In this document: in pieces, positions 37,788-47,241 of the stretch
Position numbering within the stretch: the stretch's first letter is position 1
How the letters are laid out: each line of letters begins with the position of its first letter
Source of the DNA: Myxococcota bacterium
GTDB lineage: Bacteria; Myxococcota_A; Polyangia; Polyangiales; Sandaracinaceae
NCBI GenBank assembly: GCA_036149055.1
Contig: JAYZQJ010000004.1
Location: 1 to 64,000 of the forward strand
Reading direction: 5' to 3'
Length of the DNA stretch: 64,000 nucleotides
Notes under the pieces: model-generated
The model's input: the letters and a program-made list of their open reading frames with translations, nothing else
Databases searched by the model: none
What the model was told of the DNA's origin: nothing
Program-made: the position numbers and the translations under genes

Positions 37788-37845
37788 GTCGTCGAGCGGT
37801 ACCGTCCGGAGCCGCTCGCGCATTCCCGTGGGGTAGAGTCGCGGG

Positions 37846-38688
37846 GTGAGCGACACGGTGACCACCCACGCGGGCGTGACGATGCCCGCCATCGTCTACG
37901 GGACGGCGTGGAAGAAGGAGCGCACGGCGGAGCTGGTGGCGACGGCGCTCGCGTGCGGCTTCCGCGGGGTCGACACCGCCTGCCAGCCCAAGCACTACGA
38001 CGAGGCCGGCGTCGGGCGGGGCCTGATGAGCGCGCTCGGCGACGGGATCGCGCGGGACTCGATCTACGTGCAGACGAAGTTCACGCCGCTGCCCGGCCAG
38101 GACCCGGCTCGCGTGCCGTACGACGCCGCGGCCCCGCTCGCCGCGCAGGTGACCCAGTCGGTCGACCGCTCCCTCGCGAACCTCATGGTCGGCCGCCTCG
38201 ACTCGCTCGTGCTGCACTCGCCGATGGCCCGGGCGGAGGACACGCTCACCGCCTGGCGCGCGATGGAGGCGGCGCACGACGAGGGGCGGGTCCGCCAGCT
38301 CGGGATCTCGAACTGCTATCGGCCGGAGGTCTTCGAGCAGCTCTGGGCGGCGGCGCGGGTCAAGCCGGCGGTGCTGCAGAACCGCCTCTACCGCGAGAGC
38401 GGCTACGACGTGGAGCTGCGCGCGATCTGCCGCGAGCGCGGCGTCGCCTACCAGAGCTTCTGGACCCTGACCGCGAACCCGCACCTGCTCGAGGGCGGGC
38501 CGATCACGGCGGCCGCGGCGGCGCACCGGCGAACGCCCGCGCAGATCTTCTATCGCGCGCTGACCCAGCTCGGCGTGGTGCCCCTGATCGGCACGACCTC
38601 CGAGGCCCACATGCGCGAGGACCTCGACATCTTCTCGTTCACGCTCGACGACGGCGAGCGCGACGCGATCGCAGCCCAGCTGCGCTGA
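37846..38688 (+). CDS. Aldo/keto reductase
   Basis: YGTAWK, GFRGVDTA...Y.E..VG, QTKF, VLHSP, LGISN. Confidence 0.9.
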   Translation: MSDTVTTHAGVTMPAIVYGTAWKKERTAELVATALACGFRGVDTACQPKHYDEAGVGRGLMSALGDGIARDSIYVQTKFTPLPGQDPARVPYDAAAPLAAQVTQSVDRSLANLMVGRLDSLVLHSPMARAEDTLTAWRAMEAAHDEGRVRQLGISNCYRPEVFEQLWAAARVKPAVLQNRLYRESGYDVELRAICRERGVAYQSFWTLTANPHLLEGGPITAAAAAHRRTPAQIFYRALTQLGVVPLIGTTSEAHMREDLDIFSFTLDDGERDAIAAQLR

Positions 38689-39955
38689 GGAGCAGCAGCG
38701 CCAGCCAGGGCGTGGACGCGCCGCCGGCCGCGCGGCAGCCGCAGCCCTCGGAGGGCGACGGCGGCGCGGGCCCTGCGTCGACGCACGCCGCCGGCGGGGA
38801 GACGTCGCGGGGCGCGCCGGTCACGCCGCCGTCGGGCGCCTCCGCGCCCTCGTGGCCGAGGTCGAAGGCGAGGTCCGGGTACCAGGCGGGGCAGACGTAG
38901 GCGACCTCGCTGCACGTCGGGCAGTCGGGCAGGCGGCGCACGTCGTCGAAGCGGAGGACCGGCGTCACGGTGTCGCCGCCGTCGGTCGAGCGCCCCACGG
39001 CGTAGCCGTCCCGGGTCTCGTCCACGCAGACCCAGAGCGTGTCACCAGAGGCGGTGACGCACGGGAAGTCGCCCTCGTGCGCGAGGGTGAAGGTGCGTCC
39101 GCCGTCGTCGCTCCGGTGCAGGCCCTCGGACGCGCGCAGGGCGACCCAGGCGCGCGCGCCGTCCGCCGAGAACGCCGCGTCGGCGACCGCGAGGCCCTCG
39201 AGCACGAGGGCGAAGGAGCGCCCGCCGTCCTCGCTGAGCAGCACCCGCTCGGGGCGGCCGTCGACCGCCCGCCGGGTCAGGTGCACGAGCAGCCGATCGG
39301 CGTCGGTCGGATCGATCGCGAGGAGCCGCGCGTTGCGCTCCCCCTCGAGGAGCGGGATCTCCCAGGCGGTGAACGAGCGGCCGCCGTCGCCCGAGCGATG
39401 CACGCCCACCGCCCGGGGCGTGGACGCGTCGGCGAGCCGCACACCGCTCAGGTAGACGACCTCGGGGTCGCTCGGGGCGAGGCGCAGCCGCTCCATCACC
39501 GTGCCCTCCGGGCGGGTCGCGATCCGCGCCCAGGTCCGCCCGCCGTCCTCGCTGCGCTCGAGGTGGTCGACGCCGTCGCTGACGAGCGCGTAGAGCTCGT
39601 CGGGGGCGCTCGGGCGCGCGTCGAGGTCGATGACGGAGGCGGCGTCGTAGGCGCGCTCGAAGCCGCAGCGGCCGCCCTGGCTGCGCCAGATCCCGGCGAT
39701 GTTGCCGACCACGATCGCGCCGTCCGAGGCCAGGACGAGGGGCGGGTCCTCTCGGGTCGGCAGCGTGCCCATCGCCGCCGCGCAGACCCAGCGCCAGTCG
39801 TCGCCGTCGTCGGTGAGCACCAGCCCCCAGGTCGCCCGGGCCACGAGCGCGCCCGAGCCGGGGTTCACCGCGATGCGCCCGACGAAGGGCTCGCGGCCAT
39901 GCGCCGCGGCGGGCGCGGGCGCGAGGAGGAGCAGGCCGAGGACGAGCCACCGCAT
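38639..39955 (-). CDS. BNR/Asp-box beta-propeller exported protein with MYXO-CTERM-like sorting signal
   Basis: Repeated S.DGG.(S/T)(F/W); C-terminal GCGC..AG...WLALLLL...RRRR. Confidence 0.82.
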   Translation of the reverse strand: MRWLVLGLLLLAPAPAAAHGREPFVGRIAVNPGSGALVARATWGLVLTDDGDDWRWVCAAAMGTLPTREDPPLVLASDGAIVVGNIAGIWRSQGGRCGFERAYDAASVIDLDARPSAPDELYALVSDGVDHLERSEDGGRTWARIATRPEGTVMERLRLAPSDPEVVYLSGVRLADASTPRAVGVHRSGDGGRSFTAWEIPLLEGERNARLLAIDPTDADRLLVHLTRRAVDGRPERVLLSEDGGRSFALVLEGLAVADAAFSADGARAWVALRASEGLHRSDDGGRTFTLAHEGDFPCVTASGDTLWVCVDETRDGYAVGRSTDGGDTVTPVLRFDDVRRLPDCPTCSEVAYVCPAWYPDLAFDLGHEGAEAPDGGVTGAPRDVSPPAACVDAGPAPPSPSEGCGCRAAGGASTPWLALLLLSAAGLRSRRARRRRA

Positions 39956-40042
39956 CCCGCGAGCGAACCATCCCGTCGCGCCCGCGTCGAGGGCTGGCAC
40001 AGGGTGGCGCGTCGCCGGACATGTCGGCCCCTGTGGGTGCGA

Positions 40043-40057
40043 TGGCACGGCCGCTGC
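40043..40057 (+). promoter_or_regulatory. Putative sigma54 promoter
   Basis: TGGCACGGCCGCTGC ending 15 nt before the ATG. Confidence 0.55.
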
Positions 40058-40071
40058 CTGAGGGCGCGCCC

Positions 40072-40878
40072 ATGCGACGACTCGTCTTGTCTTGTCTCCT
40101 GCTCGCCGGCTGCTCGAGCTCTCACGGCACGGGCCCGGACGCCGGCCGCCCGCTCGACGGCGCGTCCTGCGCGGGCGACCCGGACCTGTTCTGCGTCGAC
40201 CTGTGCGGCAGCGACGTGGGTCACTCCCCCGTCTGCGAGGACGGCGCCTGGCGTTGCCCCGGAGGGACCCGCGACGCGGAGAGCTGCCCGCCCGGCTGCG
40301 TCGGCCCGCCGCCCGGACCCGGCTGCGAGTGCGTCGGGGCGGCCTGGAGCTGCGACGACGGAGTCTGCCCCGACACCGTCCGCCCCTACGAGCGAGAGCA
40401 CCCCGCCAACCGCTGCACCGACGAGGGCGCCACCTGCCGCGCCGGGGACGGGGGCTGCGGGACCAACCTCTTCTGCACCTGCGAAGGCGGTCGGTGGGAC
40501 TGCCTGGTGGCCTCCCCCGACCCGGCGTGCTGGTGCGAGATCGAGCCCCGCCTCGGGAGCCGCTGCGTGGAGGAGGGCGCGAGCTGCGGCACCTGCTGTC
40601 CGGGCCCGGGCGAGTGGGGCCCGATGACCTGCGAGGACGGCCGCTGGGTCGACGCCCCCTGTCCTCCGATCGAGTGCGAGCACGAGTGCGGCAGCGAGGT
40701 CTGCGGCGACGGGCAGTACTGCCGATCCGAGTGCGGCCCGGCCGGCGGCCAGGTCTCGCGGTGCGAGGAGCTCCCCGCGGGCTGCGAGGGCTGCGATTGC
40801 CTGGAGGTCGACGACGAGCGCGAGGAGTGCGAGCGCCACGGGAGCCGCACCTACGTCTTCCCCCAGGTCTGCTTCTGA
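40072..40878 (+). CDS. Cys-rich lipoprotein
   Basis: LAGC lipobox; repeated C.C..G.W.C modules. Confidence 0.75.
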   Translation: MRRLVLSCLLLAGCSSSHGTGPDAGRPLDGASCAGDPDLFCVDLCGSDVGHSPVCEDGAWRCPGGTRDAESCPPGCVGPPPGPGCECVGAAWSCDDGVCPDTVRPYEREHPANRCTDEGATCRAGDGGCGTNLFCTCEGGRWDCLVASPDPACWCEIEPRLGSRCVEEGASCGTCCPGPGEWGPMTCEDGRWVDAPCPPIECEHECGSEVCGDGQYCRSECGPAGGQVSRCEELPAGCEGCDCLEVDDEREECERHGSRTYVFPQVCF

Positions 40879-40882
40879 GCCG

Positions 40883-40903
40883 GAATCGTACGGCGTACGA
40901 TTC
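40883..40903. promoter_or_regulatory. 21-bp palindrome (operator or terminator hairpin)
   Basis: GAATCGTACG-G-CGTACGATTC, 4 nt after a stop codon and upstream of bamD. Confidence 0.5.
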
Positions 40904-41070
40904 GGACCGCTCCGACTGTCCTCGCGATGGGACATGCTGGGCGCGGGCGGATCGCGGTCGCGAACCCCTGCTCGTTCCCCCCACGAGCGTGAACCCTCGC
41001 GATCGCGGTCCCACCCCCTCTCCTCTCCCGCGCGTTGCCCCCCGAGGGGTGCCGGGCTAGCTTCGCGGCC

Positions 41071-41859
41071 GTGACTCGACTCCTCCTCGGCGCCGGCCTC
41101 TTCGCCCTCCTCGCGCTCGGCGCGATCGGGTGCGGCGGGAACCGTCCGCGCGAGGCCCTCAGCTACGGCGAGAACGCGCGCCGCTCCTACGAGAACGCGC
41201 GCCGGGCCTTCGAGGACCGGGACTGCCTGACCGCCGATCCGCTCTTCCGCCGGATCCGGCGCGAGTACCCCTACAGCCGCTACGCCGCCCTCTCCGAGCT
41301 GCGCATCGCCGACTGTCACCTGGTCCAGAACCACTACACGGAGGCGATCCGCGCCTACCGCTCCTTCGTGCGGCACCGCCCGGCCCACGCCGACGTGCCC
41401 TACGCGGAGTTCAAGATCGCCGAGTCGTACTTCCGGCAGATCCCGAGCGAGTTCTTCCTGTCCCCGCCGCCCCAGGAGCGGGACCAGGCGGCGACCCGCA
41501 ACGCGCTGCGCCAGCTGCGCCGCTTCGTGCTCGACCACCCCGAGAGCGAGCACGTCGAGCGGGCCCGCGAGATGGTCCGCGACGCCCTCTCGCTGCTCGC
41601 CCGGCACGAGCTCTACGTGGCCGAGTTCTACCTGGGGCGCGACCAGCCGATGGCCGCGGTCGGTCGGCTCCGCCGCCTGCTCGACGTCTACGAGGGCAGC
41701 GGCATCGAGCCCCAGGCCCTGCTCCTGCTCGGCCGCGTGTACCTGCACATGCGCGAGGTCCGCGACGCCCGCCGCACCTTCGAGGAGCTGATCGATCGCT
41801 TCCCCGAGAGCGGCTACAGCGAGCAGGCGCAGGAGTTCCTCCGCCGCTTCGAGGGCTAG
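41071..41859 (+). CDS. bamD: Outer membrane protein assembly factor BamD
   Basis: Lipobox; YPYS.YA...LRIAD, F...P.H..V.YA.F, ERDQ, LARHELYVAEFY. Confidence 0.88.
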   Translation: MTRLLLGAGLFALLALGAIGCGGNRPREALSYGENARRSYENARRAFEDRDCLTADPLFRRIRREYPYSRYAALSELRIADCHLVQNHYTEAIRAYRSFVRHRPAHADVPYAEFKIAESYFRQIPSEFFLSPPPQERDQAATRNALRQLRRFVLDHPESEHVERAREMVRDALSLLARHELYVAEFYLGRDQPMAAVGRLRRLLDVYEGSGIEPQALLLLGRVYLHMREVRDARRTFEELIDRFPESGYSEQAQEFLRRFEG

Positions 41860-41861
41860 CG

Positions 41862-42029
41862 CTAGCTCTTCCGCCTCGGCCGCCCGAAGAGGCGCTGCAA
41901 CCCGACCACCGCGACGAGCGCGACGCCGAGCGCCGCCACCAGGCCGATCGCCTCGTGGGTCAGCCACACGAGGGCGGCGAGCGCCCCGGCCACCACGATC
42001 GCCAGCGCGAAGCTGCGGAGCTTGCGCAT
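41862..42029 (-). CDS. Small two-TM membrane protein
   Basis: 55 aa, hydrophobic, basic C-terminus, coupled to the upstream stop. Confidence 0.55.
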   Translation of the reverse strand: MRKLRSFALAIVVAGALAALVWLTHEAIGLVAALGVALVAVVGLQRLFGRPRRKS

Positions 42030-42556
42030 CACTCGAGCTGCGCCGAGGGAGCGACCAGGACCTCGATCCGGACCGGCAGCTCGGTCCGGTCCTGCACGCC
42101 GAGGTGCCGCGCCGCCTGCTCCGAGAGCGCGATGAGCCCGAACGGCAGCTCCTCCTGGCGCCGCACCTGCACCGTCACCGAGCGGCCGTCGTCCATCCGG
42201 GTCACCCGGACGAGCGTCCCCGCCGGGAAGCGCGGGCTCACCGCCACGTAGCGATCGTGCGGATCGTCGGGCGGTGTGGCCTCCTCGGGCTCGCGGGTCC
42301 AGAGCACCGCGGTGCCCTCGAGCGTGGCCTCGACCTCGGCGTCGCCGAGCTGCTCGGCCCACGGATCGCCGGTGTCGGGCAGATCGCTGTCGTCCGTGGA
42401 CGAAGAGTAGGTGCCGCCGTGCTCGTGGGAGCCATCGGCGGCCAGGGCCGCGGCGGGACCCGGCGAGGCCTCCCCGTGAGCGCAACCGACCATCGCGGTG
42501 CCGGCCCACAGGACGCACGCCAGGGCCCGACGCGCGCTTCGGGAAACGTCTCGCAT
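42029..42556 (-). CDS. RlpA-like (double-psi beta-barrel) lipoprotein
   Basis: MVGC lipobox; P.GTLVRVT....GRSV.V.V; I.LS..AA..LG; catalytic DRGP not evident. Confidence 0.7.
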   Translation of the reverse strand: MRDVSRSARRALACVLWAGTAMVGCAHGEASPGPAAALAADGSHEHGGTYSSSTDDSDLPDTGDPWAEQLGDAEVEATLEGTAVLWTREPEEATPPDDPHDRYVAVSPRFPAGTLVRVTRMDDGRSVTVQVRRQEELPFGLIALSEQAARHLGVQDRTELPVRIEVLVAPSAQLE

Positions 42557-42651
42557 CGGTCCTCCACCCCGATCCCTAGGCTCGTCCGGCCGAAGGCCAA
42601 ATGGCTCCGATGTTGCCGCGGCCGCGCGCGGCCCGATACCATGGGGCTCGC

Positions 42652-43407
42652 ATGGACGAACGCACCAAGCAGCTGTTGTCGTTGGGTCGCGAGCACTACG
42701 AGAAGCGCGAGTTCGACAAGGCGGAGCACTACTTCCGCCAGGTCCTCGAGCGCGACGAGGTGAAGTTCGCGGACGTCTACAACATGATGGGCGTGATCCA
42801 TCACGATCGCGGTCGGTTCGAGGAGGCGCAGGGCTGCTTCGAGGAGTCCCTGAAGATCAACCCGAACTACACCGAAGCCGCGCTCAACCTCGCCGTCACC
42901 TACAACGACCTCGGCCGCTACGACGAGGCGAAGAAGATCTACAAGGCCGCGCTCTCGCGGGGCGAGGAGTCCCCCGGCCAGCTCGACCCGTTCGTGAAGG
43001 GCAAGATCGCGAACCTGCACGCCGAGGTCGCCCAGGCCTACGTCGACGCCGGCATGCCCGCCGACGCGATGCACGAGCTCCGCAAGGCCATCCTGCTCTG
43101 CCCGACCTTCGCCGACCTTCGCCTGCGCCTCGCCAACCTCTACCGCCAGACCGGCGACCTCGAGGCGGCTCGCTTCGAGCTCGAGGAGGCGGTCGCCGCC
43201 AAGGCCGGCTACGTGCCCGCGCACGTCGCGCTCGGCGTCGTGCTCCTCGCCTTGAACAAGAAGGACGAGGCGATGAAGCGCTGGCGCGAGGCGCTCTCGA
43301 TCGACCCCGAGAACAAGGCGGCCGCGATGTACCTCCGCATGGCCCGCGGCATCAAGGACTCCGGCTCCATGGCCCCCGTCGCCGAGCGCAAGCCCGACGA
43401 GGAGTAG
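42652..43407 (+). CDS. Tetratricopeptide repeat protein
   Basis: FADVYNM.G, INPNYTEA.LNLAV; TPR repeats. Confidence 0.88.
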   Translation: MDERTKQLLSLGREHYEKREFDKAEHYFRQVLERDEVKFADVYNMMGVIHHDRGRFEEAQGCFEESLKINPNYTEAALNLAVTYNDLGRYDEAKKIYKAALSRGEESPGQLDPFVKGKIANLHAEVAQAYVDAGMPADAMHELRKAILLCPTFADLRLRLANLYRQTGDLEAARFELEEAVAAKAGYVPAHVALGVVLLALNKKDEAMKRWREALSIDPENKAAAMYLRMARGIKDSGSMAPVAERKPDEE

Positions 43408-45297
43408 CTACTCGACGATCCAGCAGCCGAGGTCGATGCCGGCGGGAGGCAGCGGCCCGGCCGCGTTGATGGGCCAGCTTCCGAAGTGGTCGAACTGCAG
43501 GTGGTACTCGCCGGGGAGCACCCACCGCTCCGTTGGATAGGGCGAGCTTCCGTCCTCTTCGTACAGCCCCCAACTGCTCGCCTCCGGATGGGCGGGGGAG
43601 CCCGCATGCACGTTCACATGGGAGGGCCAGTTTCCGGCTTCCCAGGGGGGATCGCTTGGATCCCACGGGGGAAACGGGCGTCCCCCGAGGGTCACTTCGA
43701 CGTGCACGAGTCGTCTCGGTAGCTCAATCTCGATGTCCGCCGTCGCCAGGGGGCCGACGTGGACCACGCCGGGCGTCGCCGGCCATCCGGCGTACCCGGG
43801 CGTACCGAGATAGTGGACCGTCCAGGGGCGATCCGCGAAGTAGATCATCCGCTGGTCCAGGGGCTGGAGCGCGCCCAGGCCGGTCCCGTCTCCGACGAGC
43901 CAGGCGGGGACCGGCCAGCCTCGGGGCGCGGGCTGCCGCGTACCCCCGAACACCGCGTGCAGCGTGGCCTCGCGGACCGGGATCGTGAGCTCGTGGACGC
44001 GGTCGGTGCTCACGTCGAACGGCCCCACGACGGCGCCGTGTCCCATCAGCGCGGCTCCGCGCGCGCAGGAGTCGAAGACCTCGAGGGTGCCCGTCAGGTG
44101 ACGCTGAGGGCCGACCCAGACCGCCTCCGGGGGTTCGCCGAGATGGGAACCGTGCAGCCAAGGCTCTTCGCCCCAGCGAATGCTCGCGCGGCAGCGCGCC
44201 GGCGGATCGAGGCCGACCGCGAGCTCCCGGACCACACAGTCCAGGTCCAGCGCCTGGCGGGCCTCCCTGCCCGACACGGTCGTCGCCGCGAAGCAGCCCA
44301 CCGATCCGGGCACGCCGATCTGCACGGTCGAGCCTTCGAGGAGCGTGACCTCCACGCGCCCCGCGTCGTGCGAGACCTCGGTGAGGGACGACGCGTACAC
44401 GCCCGGGGAGGCGGCGAGGGCGAGGGTGAGCTCCGGGGGCGGAGGCGCGCCGCCGAGGGTGACGTCGAAGACGGCGTGGGTGGTCGGGATGTCGATGGTG
44501 GCCGCGCCATCGAGCGTCACCTCCGTGAAGGGGAGGGGGCTGCCGAGCGGAAACGGCGCGCCGCCGAGACCCGAGCTCGCCACCCGGTAGGTCCCGGGCA
44601 CGGCGTGCATCCGGACCGTCCCCTCGGTGTCGCCGTCGATGTAGAGCCTGTGGCTGAGGCCGATCGCGACCTCGACCGGGCTCAACACCAGATGGCGACG
44701 GCCCCCGAAGCGCGGCGTCGGTGCGCCGTCGACGGTGATCGTGATCTCGTGCTCGAGCAGCGGCACGTCGAGCGCGAGCCGGGTGAGGTCGGGGGTGACG
44801 TCGACGTACCCGACGAAGCCTCGCGGCACGAGCTCGGTCGCTTCGTCTCTGACGATGACCGCCACGTGCCGGCCCGGAGCCAAGGTCACGGTGGCCGACC
44901 GCCCTGCTCCGAGCTCGGCGAGTGGGAGATCGGAGCCGGCGTCCAGAGCGTCCTCTCGCCAGAAGAGCAGAGCCCCTTCCTCCCCGTCCGGGATCGGCGC
45001 GCCGTTCACCGCCAGCGTCACCTCGACGCGCTGGGCCGGGATGTCGATCGAGATGCGATCTCCGCGACGGCAGCCGGTCGTGCATCGGGCGGTCGAGAGA
45101 TCGCAGACGCCGACGTCGCAGTCGGCGTCGGACCGGCAGCCAGGCTCCGCGCCCGCGTCGTCGCACCCGCGCGGGGCGCACGTCGAGGCCGGCCCCGAGT
45201 CCGCGCTCGCGTCCTCGCGCTCCCCGGCGTCCTCTCGCTCGAAGGACTGACCGCAGCCGACGAGGGTGACGAGGGTCAAGACGAGCAGACGACGCAT
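43408..45297 (-). CDS. Large lipoprotein, hypothetical
   Basis: LVGC lipobox; N-terminal Cys module then beta-rich repeats. Confidence 0.65.
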   Translation of the reverse strand: MRRLLVLTLVTLVGCGQSFEREDAGEREDASADSGPASTCAPRGCDDAGAEPGCRSDADCDVGVCDLSTARCTTGCRRGDRISIDIPAQRVEVTLAVNGAPIPDGEEGALLFWREDALDAGSDLPLAELGAGRSATVTLAPGRHVAVIVRDEATELVPRGFVGYVDVTPDLTRLALDVPLLEHEITITVDGAPTPRFGGRRHLVLSPVEVAIGLSHRLYIDGDTEGTVRMHAVPGTYRVASSGLGGAPFPLGSPLPFTEVTLDGAATIDIPTTHAVFDVTLGGAPPPPELTLALAASPGVYASSLTEVSHDAGRVEVTLLEGSTVQIGVPGSVGCFAATTVSGREARQALDLDCVVRELAVGLDPPARCRASIRWGEEPWLHGSHLGEPPEAVWVGPQRHLTGTLEVFDSCARGAALMGHGAVVGPFDVSTDRVHELTIPVREATLHAVFGGTRQPAPRGWPVPAWLVGDGTGLGALQPLDQRMIYFADRPWTVHYLGTPGYAGWPATPGVVHVGPLATADIEIELPRRLVHVEVTLGGRPFPPWDPSDPPWEAGNWPSHVNVHAGSPAHPEASSWGLYEEDGSSPYPTERWVLPGEYHLQFDHFGSWPINAAGPLPPAGIDLGCWIVE

Positions 45298-45322
45298 GCG
45301 CCCACGGTAGCACCGGGGAGGG

Positions 45323-45853
45323 TCAGCCGGTCCAGCTCTCGAGCGCGCCATCGAGGGCCCGCTCGAGCTCCAGTCGGGATCGGCGCTCTGGCCATACGAC
45401 GAGCACCGGGAGCTCGAGCGGCGCGGCGACCCGCAGGAGCCGCTCGACGAGGAAGTGCTCGAGCCAGAGCACGTGCTCCATCGCCGTCGGCGCACCGCGC
45501 CGCACCGCCCGGCACGCGTCCTGGACGGCGAGGCGGTAGGCGTCGTCGTGCTCCGCGGGCCAGGCGGCGCGCAGCCGCTCGGCCTCGATCGCGAGGTGCT
45601 CGCCCTCGTCGGTCGCGTGACGCAGGAGCCCGCCGTCGAGCGCGAAGGGCACGAAGGTGACGCTCACCGCGCGCTCCAGCTCCGGGCACGCGAGCATGCG
45701 TGCGAGCTCCGTGGAGAGCGCGTCGCCGCCGACCCCGTGATGCGCGAAGCCCTCCGGCGGCCGGGTCACGCGAGCCGCCGGCGGCACGCGCGCGGACAGC
45801 GGCCCGAGGCACGGCACGTCGTCCCAGCCGGCGACGAACATCGAGGCGTTCAT
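45323..45853 (-). CDS. Hypothetical protein
   Basis: Protein-like composition from MNASMFVAGWDD onward; upstream part of the ORF runs through repeats. Confidence 0.5.
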   Translation of the reverse strand: MNASMFVAGWDDVPCLGPLSARVPPAARVTRPPEGFAHHGVGGDALSTELARMLACPELERAVSVTFVPFALDGGLLRHATDEGEHLAIEAERLRAAWPAEHDDAYRLAVQDACRAVRRGAPTAMEHVLWLEHFLVERLLRVAAPLELPVLVVWPERRSRLELERALDGALESWTG

Positions 45854-46826
45854 GAGCGCGGGATACGTCGCCCCGCCGCCCGGCGCATCCGCTGGCATCT
45901 CTGCCGAATCAGGTCCCACCAGCCGGGACCCGCCGTCGCTCGCTTCGCACGTCGCCGAACTCTGCCGAATCGAACGGGCTGCTCTCTCTCGAAAAGGCAG
46001 AGCTCGTAGCGCGCGCCATACCGGCCGGACGCGATCGCGGGCCCGAAACGCCTCGACCGCGCCTCGAGGGCCTCGTGGCCGTGCGAGCTCGACGAGCCAG
46101 CAGCCTTCGAGGAACGCGCGTCCGGCCGGGCCCGAACGCAGCGATCCGGCGTCGACGTCGCCGATCTCTGCCGAATCGAACGAGACTTGCTCTCGAACGG
46201 GCGAGCTCGTGACTCGCGCCGTCCCGGTCCGACGCGACCGCGGAGTGGCTCGTAGCGGCTGCGAGGTCGACAGCGGGCGCACTACGACCGCGCGTGCGCC
46301 GGAGCCCCGGATGAACGTTCCGGCGCTGACGTCGAGTCCGAGCCCGACGCCCAATCCGAGTCCGCGCCCGGGTCGCTCTTCGCCCCTCGGCGCCGCGCGC
46401 TCGCTCTCTGCGCTCGCTACTCGCTGCCGCCGCGCCCGTCGACGCATCTCTGCCGAATCGAGCTCTGCCGAATCGAACGGGGCTTGCTATCTCTCGAAAC
46501 GGCAGAGCCCGTGGCTCGCGCCGTCTGGGGCCGCGCGTCCGCCCCGTGCCCGAATGGAGCGATTCGGGGCCGACGCTCCGAGTCCGAGCCGAATCCGAAT
46601 CCGCGTCCGATCCGCGTTCGGTCGTTCTTCGCCCCTCGGCGGCGCGCGCTACGGACGCTCGCTCTCTGCGCTCGCTACTCGCTGCCGCCGCGCCCGTCGA
46701 CGCATCTCTGCCGAATCGAGCCCTGCCGAATCGAACGGAGCTTGCTCGCTCTCGAACCGGCAGAGCTCGTGACTCGCGCGGTCCCGGCCCGCCGCAACTG
46801 CGACGAGAGGCGCCTCGCCGTCTTCT

Positions 46827-46946
46827 CGAGGCCAAGAGGACCTGCGCCCGCTTCACCTTCCGCGCCCTCGGATTGCCACCGCGCAGCACCTGCTCCAGCT
46901 CCGCTCGTTCCGTGTTCTGCAGCTCGACGACGTAGCGCACGTTCAT
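46827..46946 (-). pseudogene. Truncated IS630 transposase (first ~40 codons)
   Basis: RBS GGAGGTGA; IS630-like N-terminus; sequence switches abruptly into the repeat unit. Confidence 0.75.
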
Positions 46947-47004
46947 GTTCACCTCCGTTTCGGGAGGCGAGTCGATCAAGGGATGAGGGATCCTGTCGAT
47001 CCCC

Positions 47005-47241
47005 ATGGCCAAGTTCACCGACAAGCAGGGCCAGTACCTCGCCTTCATCCACGCCTACACGAAGCTCAACCGACGACCGCCGGCTGAGTCCGACATGCAG
47101 CGCTTCTTCGAGGTGACGCCACCTACCGTTCACCGCATGGTCGTCGAGCTCGAGAAGCGCGGCCTCATCCAGCGGCAGCCTGGCAAAGCGCGAACCATCC
47201 AGGTCCTCGTGCCGACCGAGGAAATTCCGGCGCTCCAGTGA
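47005..47241 (+). CDS. Small LexA/MarR-like winged-HTH protein (IS630 passenger)
   Basis: FT.KQGQYLAFI..Y......PPAE.DMQR.F.VTPP.VH.M...LE..GLI.R.PG.AR.I. Confidence 0.85.
   Translation: MAKFTDKQGQYLAFIHAYTKLNRRPPAESDMQRFFEVTPPTVHRMVVELEKRGLIQRQPGKARTIQVLVPTEEIPALQ

Noticed and set aside
43408..45297. Horizontally acquired island based on a slightly lower GC impression
   Set aside because: Not quantified, and no integrase or att sites seen; too weak to claim.
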